This document shows, piece after piece, positions 53,429 to 64,000 of a stretch of 64,000 bases of DNA. Position 1 is the first letter of the stretch; every line of letters begins with the position of its first letter. The position numbers and the translations under genes were made by a program. Source of the DNA: Massalongia carnosa (Eukaryota); the NCBI GenBank assembly GCA_965645245.1, contig OZ287069.1, positions 1 through 64,000 of the forward strand, written 5' to 3'. Below the pieces are notes generated by a model. It made no database searches, was not told the DNA's origin, and saw nothing but the letters and a program-made list of their open reading frames with translations.

Positions 53429-56400
53429 CTAGGTCATCTTCATCTGTTCGACAAAGGTGTGGAACTTTGCGTGCGTTAGGGCCTTCGTCAGGCCGTCGGC
53501 GATCATCTCCCCAGTTGGCACGTAGGTCAACTCAATTCTCTTTGCGTCCACCTCGTCTCGGATGTAATGGTGCTGGATATCGATGTGTTTGGTTCTGGCA
53601 TGGAATACTGGGTTGTGTGCCAGAGCAAGAGATCCTTGGTTGTCACCTTTGAGTGAAACAGTGGGGTCTCCGTCGCTGGGTTTGAGGCTGTTGAGGTCTC
53701 TGTCGATCGCTTGTACGCACGAGTTCTTGTTGGAGACCTTGATCTCAGCATGCTGTTGGTCCGCTTCCAACACCCCAAGCTCTGTGAGGAGTAGACGAAG
53801 CCAGGTGGCTTCTTTGGCGGCCAGCGTGAGTGCGATGTATTCCGCTTCTGTGGAAGAGATAGCAACTGTTAATTGCCTTTTAGAGCACCAGCTTATCGGT
53901 CCCCCGTTCAGCATAAAGATGAAACCGGATGTTGACTTCCGGCTGTCCTTGTCACCTGCCCAATCCGAGTCCGAATAGCCTTCGATTTTCAGTTCTTCAT
54001 CCCCCCATAGGTTATGCCTCGATGTTTCGAGCCCTTGAGGTATTTGAGGATGGTTTTGACTGCTTTGGTGTGCTGATGGCTCGGGTTCTTGGCAAAGCGA
54101 CTTACGAGGGACGTGGCGAAGGCAATATCTGGTCTGGTCTCTACCATGGAGAACATTATGGACCCCGTCATTCCTTGGTATCTCTCCTTCTCTGGTGGTG
54201 AGGCCTCTCCTTCCTCGCGTTGGGAGAGTGGCACAGATTCTTTCATCGGGGTGTTGACGGGGTTGGCTTTGTCGAGATGGAATCTCTCCAACACTTTTTC
54301 GATGTAGGCCGGGTGAGACAGTTTGATGGTTCGTTGCTTTCGATCCCGATATATTCTCAGTCCTAGGTAAAAGCTGATGGGACCCATATCTGACATAGAG
54401 AATGCAGCTGTGAGTTCTGCTTCGACTCGCTTGATTATCCCACTGTCCTTTGGCGCCATAATCTTGATGTCATCTACGAAGACGCTGAGTACGGGACCTT
54501 TCAGCCCTGCACCCGATACGAATATACTGTGGTCTGCGTGGATGCGTTTCAAGCCTAGTTTCTCGAGGAGGAAGGCTGAAAAGCGTTCGTACCAGAGGCG
54601 GGGAGATTGTTTGAGGCCGTAGATAGCTTTCAACAGTTTGCAAACCATATTCTTTGTGGCTTCTGTCTCAGTTCCCTTTGGAATCTCCATATATATCAGT
54701 TGATCAATGAGGCCATAGAGAAAAGCCGTTTTTACGTCCATCTAGTCGATGTCCAGGTCGAAGAAGGCGGCAAGGGCGAACAGGGTTCTGAAGGCCATTG
54801 GCTTCACCACGGATGCGTAGGTTTGATCGAAATCAACACCAAACTGTTGTAGGTACCCTTTGATAACCCATCTGGCTTTGAATCTAGATACCTTGCCTTC
54901 GACATCACGCTTGACCTTGTACACCCACTTCCCCCCCCAGAGGTCGATGACCTGACTCCATCTCGTTCTTTGGTATGAGAACCCAGGTCTTGTTTTCGTG
55001 TAGAGAGTCTATTTCTTCTTTCATTGCCTGTGCCCACTGCGAGGCGTGGAGTCATTGCATTGCCCTGTTGTATGACTCAGGTTCTTCGACATCTAATTGG
55101 GTGGCAAGGACGTAGTCTCCTTTACTTTGGGCGTTGGCCTGAATGAGCCTCGAAGTCAAGATTGTGTATGGGTCGTCGTCTGCGTCATGGCCGTCCTCCT
55201 CGCATTCGATGATTGTCAGGAACGCGTTTGCTTTTTTCTCCGAGCTGTGTTCCCAGTCAAGGTCTAGCAGCTTGCTGAGATGTACTCTCAGATCTTGATC
55301 TTGAGCCTTTTGTGTAGGCCTTATCGTTCGGCCAGACCGAGACTTCCTTGTCTCCGTATTTTCATCTCTAGTAGTGACCTTTCGGCCCTTCCTAGGGGTT
55401 ACTTTACTGGGAGTTGACTCGCTGGCACCTGTTGCATTGTTGAACTTTCGGCCTACATCCAACATCTGTGTGTCGCTCGTCGCCTCGTCATCGTCATCGG
55501 AGAGTAAGAAACCTGAGAAGGTGGGAGTGTTTTTGTATTCAGGAAGCTCGGTGGACGTCTTGGCCTCGTAGTCTTCAAAGATTCTGAGATCTTTGATGCG
55601 AATGACTTTGTTCTGTTCTCGGATGTGGACTCTGTAGATTGTATGACCATCGTATCCAACAAGAATACCGCGTAAGGCTCGTGGGTTCCACTTCTCAGAC
55701 TTTAAGGCTCGTTCCTCTTCGTGTAGGAGAACGTACACTGTCGAGCCTAACACTCGGAGGTGTTGGATATCTGGGTGGATTTTCTGCTGTGCATGGTAGG
55801 GGTTGTCTCCACCTAAAGCCTTCGTGGGACGAACGTTTTTGACGTACGTCATCGCAAGAACAATTTCAGGCCACAGCTCGTCATCAAGGCTTCCCTCTAG
55901 GATTTTCGCTCTTGTCATATCCATGATGGTTCTTCCCATTCGTTCTGACACGCCGTTTTATTCCTGAGAGTACGGTGCTGAGGGTTCAAAAGTGATGCCC
56001 TTCTTCGCAAACCATTCCTCTACCCTTTTGCTCTGCAGTTCTGATCCATAATCTGAACGTAGGCGTTCGACTGGTCTCTCCTTGTGTGACCTGGTTTTGC
56101 AGAGGTTGTAGAAGGTCTTGAGACATTTGAACAAATCGCTTTTCCGGGCACAAGTGTGCACTTCGGTATATCGCGTGAAGTCATCCGTAAATGTGAAGAA
56201 GTATCTCTCCCCTCCAAAACCAACAGGGTTGATGGGACCTACTAGGTCTGTGTGTATAAACTGGTACGACTCGCTTGCTCGTTTCTGAGGCTCGTGGCGG
56301 TTGTAGATTTTTGTGGCTTTCGCACGTTGGCAGCTGTCACACACGTACTTTTCTGAGTCGTCCACGTAGTCGATCTCCAGTTTGTGGAGATGTTGCTTCA

Positions 56401-57884
56401 GTGAGGGGAAGTTGAGGTGGCCGAGTCGTTTGTGCCAGGTGGTGAGAGGTAGTTTTGATGAGGTGGTGGTCCTGTAGGCGTGTGGTGGCCACTCGTACGT
56501 GTTGTCGTCGATCTGCTTTAGATGAGTTGCAGAGACAGAGAGGTTGAGATGGTGAAGAAGGAAGCTGGTCCTCCACCTTTCGGCGTAAGCCAGGGTTTCC
56601 TTTGTTCTATCATAGAGTGTCTCGTTCTCATTATCATAGAAAATTCCATGATTGTTAAGAAGGCCGAGGCTGACAAGATTAGAAGGACTGTGGGGAAGGA
56701 AAAACACGTTGTTCAGGTTCAGGATCACTCGTTCGCGACCGTCTTTCAGGCTGCGCACCTTTCCACGGCCTGGTGAAACCCCATCTGCAGTTGAGCCTCC
56801 GATCCGGGTAGGCTTTTCGTGGTACTCAGTCATCAAGCTTCGATCATTGCACACGTGCACGTCCGCCGCGCTGTCAACCAGCCAGGAAGCGTCTCTCGGC
56901 CCTTTGACCGCTAGCACCTTTGGTTGTCAACTTTCGCGGGACGGGGTCTCGGAAGGGCTCTCTGTCTGGCTTTGGAGGTTTTGCCTAGAGCCTTTTGTTC
57001 TCATCTGGTGCAGCGAGTGTTTTTGGCCGAAGTTCGGGTTATCTCAGGAAACAACGGTCTGTGTAGTGCTGTGTATTTCCCTTCTTGATGCAATCTGAGT
57101 TTGTGCAGGTCCCCGGGGGTGCTCGATTACTAGGCTTTGGTGGTTTGGAGGTGAAGAGTGCCGATTGTTTGGGTGTGCCGGATTGTCCTGGAGTTTGGTC
57201 GTTCTCTTTCCTGATTTCTGCAAACCGGATAAGCTTTTTAGTGCTCTCGGCGATGTTTGTGTTCCCCATTTTCCACTCTGTCTCCATCATAGAGACGATC
57301 CCCGAGTATTCGTTTCCCATCCCAGTGAGCAGTCCTGCCTGCAGGAGTACCTCGGCTCCTTTTGCGGGGATCTCTGAATCTGTGGGAATGAGGCCGCACA
57401 CAGTGTCGTAGGCCTCTTAGTATTTGCTGCAATATTCGTGAATGTCTGTGCAGTCCGATAGTCGTAATTTGGTGGTCTCCAGGATGAGTTGCGAGATGCT
57501 CATTGGAGAGATGTGCTGAAATTTCGTTTGTAGGGTTTCCCACATTTCCTTGGCTTCTTTGCCCTCGATAGCTGCTTGGTGTTTGGAGGCTACCGAGTTT
57601 TTGATGATGCCCTCCGCTTTGCTCAGGGAGGCTCGGTGCTCTTTAATTTCGGTGGAGAGGGCAGTCCAGAGTGCTTGGGCCGTCATTTCGGTGGGTTTGA
57701 AGCCCATGGCTATGATGTCCGATCTGACGGACTCCTTCGTTGGCTCTGGCTTTCCGGTGACTGCCCAGGCGCAGTTCTTCTGCTTGAGCTCTCCCAGAAT
57801 GTAGGATCGCCATAATGTATAGTTCTTGGAGCCTTGGAGAATGATGCGGGGAGCCTTCTCCTGCTCTTCTCGTCGGTCTGACAT
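53429..57884 (-). pseudogene. Copia gag-pol with multiple stops and frameshifts
   Basis: WLVDSAA, WHKRLGH...CDSC, HTDLVG, RSDYGSE, MDVKTAFL, VFVDD, SSTEAEY, IADGLTK across eight ORF fragments. Confidence 0.93.
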
Positions 57885-57957
57885 TTTGTGGTTTTTTGGG
57901 CGAAGAGTTCTCAACGCCTTTGGGTTGTAGAAAGGTGGGTTGCCTTGTAGCTGTTGT

Positions 57958-58255
57958 GGTATGCGAGCGTCTTCGCTTCGTAACCTTTGGTATATGAGCA
58001 AGTTCTCCGCCACGTAGCCTTCGGTATGTGAGCGTTCTGCTTCGTATGAGCGTCTTCGCCTCGTAGCCGTCTGGTATGTGAGCGTCTTCGCTTCGTAACC
58101 TTTGGTATATGAGCAAGTTCTCCGCCTCGTAGCCTTCGGTATGTGAGCGTTCTGCTTCGTATGAGCGTCTTCGCCTCGTAGCCGTCTGGTATGTGAGCGT
58201 TTGCCTCGTAGCCTTTGGTATATGAGCGTTCTACTTCGTATTCTTTCAGTATGTG
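57958..58255. repeat. ~30-bp minisatellite with ~120-bp higher-order period in the Copia 5' leader
   Basis: Repeated GGTATGTGAGCGTCTTCGCCTCGTAGCC-like units. Confidence 0.85.
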
Positions 58256-58961
58256 GGCGTAGCACTCTTCCTATATATTGTGGTAGGTGGTCAGGCGCAT
58301 TGGCTTGATTCCACACCGCCATTTCAGAATTTGCTCCTTTTAGTAGCCAAGTGGTCTTAACCCTCCCGCCTCACACCATTCCTCCTTTTCGGGTAGGAAG
58401 TTCTTCGCTCTAGGTGCTTTGCTCTGGGGGGTGTGGGGTATTTGTGGCCTGTCGCTAGCGAAGATTAATGAGCTTATGCGCTGGCCGGGCTCATAACCTG
58501 TAGAAGTATGAGGTTATTCATTGTTGTTATATTAATGATTCTATGACTCTACTTCTAAGGTCTGAAATCCTCCTAGTCCAGGATGCGTGCCGCATACCGG
58601 AATAGGTTTACTGTTACACGTGACCATAATAATGTCTAGCGCCATAGGTTGGTATCCAACATCGATTATGTGGAAGAAAGAGACCCGACTAAGAACACCT
58701 CTCAACAGAACAGACGGGATGATAAAGAAGGACAGCCATCATACGATCACACTAGAGGAGGTTTCCGAGGAGAACAACGAAGCGGGCCTTCATCGAGGCC
58801 AATGGACTTGAGACCCAAATCCGTGGAAAACGACAGGACTCTCGCATCGGACAAAGTGCCAAACGAGGAGAAAGATCGCAGACGTCAGGCGGGACTATGT
58901 ATCAAGTTTGGTAAAGGCCCACATCGGATGGAGGAATGCAAAACTGGATGGTTCTATAGAG

Positions 58962-61900
58962 CGAGAAGACTCGGGACAGTCCCCCCCCCACCGTCCCCCC
59001 AGCGAAAATCATTGCAAATTAGGACTAGCTACAAGCCACCTCCCCATACTAAATATGTGCACGTCCACCGTCTCTCCGCAAGCTTCCTCTAGCTGATTTA
59101 GCTTAGCCCCGCATTCTGAAAAATCCTCATCTATTCATACTACTACTATTACTACTACTCCTACCACTCATTGCGATGATCTCAATTCTGAAAATGCATC
59201 ACTCAATTGCGAAACATTATCCTTTCTAGGCTTCATAGTCTTAGCAACCTTTCTTGCAGCTGCGTTTTTCCTCTCCTCAGCCCTTGCTTGTTTGGCCGCT
59301 TGGTCGGCCCTCTGCTGAGACTCCAACTCCAACTGAGCCTTCGATTTTTTGGCTACCACACCCCGTGACCCTCGTGTTGTTGTTGCAGACGATGTGGATG
59401 GTAGCTGGCTAGCGCGGATGTTTTTTTGACTGAGGCTATAAAGGGAAGGAGCTTTTGGAGAGGGAACCGTTTGGGAAAGAGCCTTTTGGCTATGTTCGCC
59501 AGCACTTCATCAATATCTTCAAATGAATCGGAAGAAGATGCCGGGGATGGAGGGATAAAATCATCATTCTCATTCAGAGAGAGTGGAGGATCGGGGGTAG
59601 GCTGAGTTGCTATATATTGCAGGGCATCGTCGTCAGATACGATGATAGCATCTCCGGAATCTATACCGAATATTAGCCGCGCTACATCGATCGCTTTGCT
59701 GATATCGTGGGTTTTTTATCATCAATCATACCCTTGTCTTCACCGCCTGCCCGCAATTCATCCTCATGCCTTCTTCTCCTCCCTTCTTCAATCGAGTCCT
59801 TACGTTTAGCACGTCGCTGCTTAGCTTCATCTGCCTCAGCTGCCTCACGGCCAGTGTAAGCCCGCCGGCGACTCCCACTCTTTTTATACATGAGGTTGTC
59901 CTTCGGTCGGATTTCGTCGGGGAAAGTTGTAGGGATAAGTGGCCTCGCCAGCTCCTTATCCTGCCATTTTTTATTGAAAATAGCAGTGAATTTGGCGAAT
60001 TCACGAGCGTATCCCTCCCTTCTATGCACATTTTCTATTGATTTATGAAAATCAATTGATTGATGTGCGGCCGCATGCAGCAAATCAACACCCCCGCGAC
60101 GAAATCTATCCCCAGTATTATTGTCAACTGCCTTCTCGATTTCCTCCTCCGGCTCAGATTCTTGACTTTGTTGAGCATTCTCTCCCTCATCCGCCTCCTC
60201 ATCCTGCTCTTCTGTGGTCTTCCTGTGAGCTGCTCTCCGAAACATCTCAGCGAAATTTATGGTGGGGTCGAAAACCATGCTCCACGAGACCACAAAAGGC
60301 GGGCCATCGAAAAACCAGCGGGGATGAATGAGGGAGATAGGTATGGGGATAACATCAATGACGCAACGATACAACCAGCATCTGCACGGAAGACCGTATC
60401 GTGGAGGCAAATCACAATCATACATACAATCCTCACCGGTTGGTTCGATTAATGCAGTCCCTTCAACTCCAAAAGAAACCTGTTGATTGAAATCTTCGGC
60501 TAAAATTTTAGCTGCATCCAACTCTCTAGATATGAGGTCAATAGCATGATGAGTTATTAAACCTATAAGGCCTTTGAACGCACTTCTATCCATTAGCCGG
60601 GGGTTGTTGATTCGTTGATAATTGGTTGATATTTCGTAGTCAACCTGAACCCTTTGCACTGTTTCGCATATTTTCCGCACCGAGTCCTTAATAGGTGTAT
60701 GCCTATTTGTCACATTCTTTACCAACGGATGCAAACCTTCCACCCTTTGTGTGCTATGTGCACCTAAATTAGGGAACTTTCTGGTGTATGCGGAAACAAA
60801 CTGACATTCCTGACGTTGATAATAGCTAGTAAAATACTCCTGGAAATAGGAGTGAGTTAGCCCTTATTAACGTTTTTTGATGGCTTCATACCTTTTCTGA
60901 AGCATGAAGCTTCAATATCAACGCGTTTCTCTTCTCATCCAGCTGTTCAACGGTAGGAGTTTTGATCCACTCCCATATCAATTCATGCAGTTCTTTCCGT
61001 ACTTCTAAAGGATATGAACCCGCCCTGATCAGGCGTTTCTTGATTGCCTCCGCTGCGTGCCACGTGCATAATTGCAACACACAATCAGGGTCGGTTTCGT
61101 GTATTGATTGGGCGACTTGCCATGCAACGGTCATTGCTGCATCCGGGTTTATTTCCTTAGCCCGTTTTTTATGCATCGCTGCAGTCAATCCAGCGGCGAA
61201 GTCTCCGAGGATGACCCTAGGACCAGGACATGTATCATGAAAAAAGAGATCTTTCATACAATCAAATAGAAACGTAAAGCACTCAGCCGATTCAGAAGTT
61301 ATATAACAATAGGCCGCGGGGAAAGTCTGATTTGTGTTGGTGATGCCAACCAATACCGATAGAGGTAAGTTCAACTGATTTGTATTGAACGTAGCATCCG
61401 TTTCTATCAAAAATCCACTGACGAATCGTCTAGTCAGTCGGATCTGTTCAGCGTTACAGAAAAAGAAATGTTCAACAACACGTCTTCGGGGAGTATTGTT
61501 TTCAACGAGATATTTCTCCAAAGTCCGTACATGAAACCCTTCTTCTTCTAGAAATCCAAGTGCATAGATCAACTCTTCTTCAGGTATATGTTTGCCCTGG
61601 GATCGAGCCAGGTTGTAATAGTCCTTCTTCGAAAGGCGCAGGCCAGTCATTCCCAAAACGCGAGATGCTTGACCGTATCTAGTTGATGCATCACGGAGAC
61701 TTTTTGCTTGATCTAGGGCAGTTGCTCGATCGAGGTCTTGGCTACGATGCTCTTTGAAACCGAAGGGGTCTGTAGCCATCTCGTGATTGTGATCAGGATT
61801 GGTGATGATTAATCTCCAGGATTCGTCTTTGTTTTGCTTCAGTCTTAGTCGATATTTGCACTCGTTGAACGAGACCTTCGTGTTTTTTCGTACGCGGTCC

Positions 61901-62381
61901 TTCTCCTCTAGCTTTCTAGTGTTTCTTTCTCTTTTGTGATGACGGGTGCAATCTAGTATAACGAGATGATTCTTCTTATCATTAGTCTCTGTGACCAATG
62001 CAAAGCCTTGAGTAAAGGCATAATTCTGAAGGCGGGTTTTTCCCTCCTCCCAGGAGATAAAGATTTCACTCTTACTCGGAGGAAGACGATGAGAAGACGG
62101 TAAACTCGCTATAGCCCTTTGCAAACGTGCATCCAGGGACGTTGATGTGAGGGCCATAGCAAAGAAAAAGATTAGGGAGAGAAGAAGTGCGGTCTACCTA
62201 TCATAGTGATAAATTTATACAGAGGGTTGGCTGCCTATACCTATAATATTATTAATAGAGACGGTGAACGAGGTATATGCACCTAATTATTTAGTATGGG
62301 GAGGTGGCTTGTAGCTAGTCCTAATTTGGAATGATTTTCGCTGGGGGGACGGTGGGGGGGGGACTGTCCCGAGTCTTCTCG
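58962..62381 (-). mobile_element. Near-intact Mutator (MULE) DNA transposon (3420 bp)
   Basis: ~93-bp near-perfect TIRs CGAGAAGACTCGGGACAG... / ...CTGTCCCGAGTCTTCTCG. 9-bp TSD TCTATAGAG (58953-58961 / 62382-62390). Confidence 0.96.
59168..62157 (-). CDS. MULE transposase, spliced (introns 60840-60891 and probably 59661-59731); possible frameshift in the last exon
   Basis: FAR1-like C..HNH, ETDATFNTN, ILGDF, CTWH, STQRVEGLH (E in exon 2), SWIM-like CDLPPRYGLPCRC. GT-AG introns with CTAAC/CTAAT branch sites restore the frame. Confidence 0.88.
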
Positions 62382-64000
62382 TCTATAGAGGAGGAGATCC
62401 TCGGATCAACAAACACCAGTCGACGAACATTGATTCCAACCCTAATCTACTACCGATTAGAGAAGAACAGAGAAAAGGCCGGGCTCAGTAGACGACCCCT
62501 CTCTACTGGGAATCATAACCTCGGGGGGAGAAATACGAGAAATACCGCAGTCGGCAAACAATTCCGACAGACAGAAACCCCAGCCGAGGAGCGACGAGGA
62601 GGATGAGTCACAATCTGGAGTAGAAACCACAAGCGCCTCCCCTATTCAACTCCACGTATACTTAAAGTCAAAGGACAGTCAATCGATTAAGGCTAATGCA
62701 TTCACCGACACATGCGCTAAAGTCAATATTATCACTCTTTCACTACTACAAAAGCTAGATCTTACGGCAAAAATAAATCGATTTCAGGCTCAAGGAAGAA
62801 ACTTTGATGGAAGCATCATCAAGTTGGTCGGGTCAATCGAATTAAAAGCTTCTATCTGCGATACCGAAAACAATAAACTAGAAACAACCGACACTTATAT
62901 TGTAGCCGGAACCGCACCAAATGATATCATGCTAGGACTACCATTTCTCGAGAAACACGACCCAGAGTATAACCTCAAAAAACGGAGACTGCGATGGAGG
63001 ATTCAGGCATGCCAGCACAGAAGAAAAACAAAAAGACAAAGAGGATATGGACTATTATCGTATCCAGAACATATCAATTCGATACAGACAAAAATCTTCC
63101 CGACACTAGCAGCCCTAAACATACGGTGTCCTATCCTACTCGGCGCACTTACACAGATAATTACTCCGCCATCAATGCCAAATTTCTCAAACAACAACGA
63201 GGACAAAACCGAGGACGCCGAGGACGAGACCGAGGAGACCGAGGACGAACTCAATAAGAAATCATCCTCGTCAAAAATTATCGACCCACTGCCAACAGAA
63301 CTTCAGGATTTTTGGGAACTCTTCAATCGAAAGGATAAGCCATTACCCGAACACTCACAATGGGATCACGCCATCAACATCGAACCCGGAAAGAAACCAC
63401 CATTTGTGTCCCTGTACAATCTATCATCAACGGAGCTGCAGTTTCAAAAACAATACCTACAAGACCATCTCCGAGAAGGCCTCATACGACACTCACAATC
63501 CTCGGCTGGAGCCTCGATGCTCTTTCGACCAAAGAAAGACGGAGGCCTTCGACCCTGTATAGACTACAGAGGATTGAACAATATCACCATCAAAGATCGA
63601 TGTCCATTACCGCTGATAACAGAAAGCCTAGATCAATTAGGAGGCGCAAGATGGTTCACAAAGTTGGACATCAAGGATGCATTCAATCGACTTCGAATAA
63701 AAATGGGAGATGAATGGAAGACAGCATTCCGGACCCGATTCGGACTCTTCGAATATTAGTTATGCCCTTCGGATTAACGAACGCACCCGCATCCTGGCAA
63801 GCGTTTATGAATCGCTCCTTCGCCGAATTTCTAGACATATTCGTTCTCGTTTATCTAGACGATATATTAATCTACAGCAAGACACGAGAGGAACATATAG
63901 AACAAGTCCGAAAGATTCTGAAGCGTCTCGAAGAACTCAATTTATACCTCAAACTATCTAAATGCGAATTCTTCAAGACTGAGTTGTCCTTTCTAGGATT

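Larger units (their letters stand above)
53114..58661 (-). mobile_element. Full-length but decayed Ty1/Copia (5548 bp)
   Basis: LTRs 53114-53275 and 58499-58661 (~5 differences). TSD TCGAT (53109-53113 / 58662-58666). PBS GGTTATGAGCCC (internal tRNA-iMet type). G-rich PPT. Confidence 0.95.
52310..64000 (+). mobile_element. Decayed Ty3/Gypsy (gag-protease-RT) running off the window, interrupted by a Copia and a MULE
   Basis: gag QPKEFTG (52592..53113) resumes at 58667 with a degenerate knuckle CIKFGKGPHRMEEC. Protease-like FTDTCA near 62700. RT LRPCIDYRGLN...[10 protein letters not shown]...YLDD with a frameshift near 63757. No 5' LTR seen. Confidence 0.85.

Noticed and set aside
833..64000. 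Starship captain (DUF3435), telomere-targeted non-LTR retrotransposon, tRNA or rRNA genes
   Set aside because: No matching motifs, no non-LTR RT, no poly(A)-tailed element at the telomere, and no recognisable RNA gene seen.

Overview
Left end of a filamentous-ascomycete (Pezizomycotina-type) chromosome. It opens with an 832-bp telomere: the distal ~645 bp mixes CCCTAA with a 7-mer GGCGTAA (G-strand TTACGCC), and the proximal ~156 bp is pure CCCTAA. The remaining ~63 kb is almost entirely nested transposable elements, and I found no intact host gene. Resolved from termini and TSDs: a DUF6589/Academ-like DNA transposon cut off by the telomere; two intact chromovirus Ty3/Gypsy elements; four decayed Gypsy elements; three TSD-flanked solo LTRs; an intact GalEa-type Copia and a decayed Copia; three Mutator (MULE) elements; a Fot1/pogo element; a non-autonomous Helitron; fragments of telomere-linked RecQ helicase (TLH) genes with a repeated hairpin module; and an HNH-nuclease pseudogene. 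Removing the nested insertions exposes two copies of an unclassified element ('element X', at least ~4.3 kb). Both copies end at the same base inside two different Gypsy elements and encode an AT-hook protein with no recognisable transposase domain. Element X and the two-motif telomere are the best candidates for something undescribed. All coordinates and comparisons were made by eye; no searches were run.
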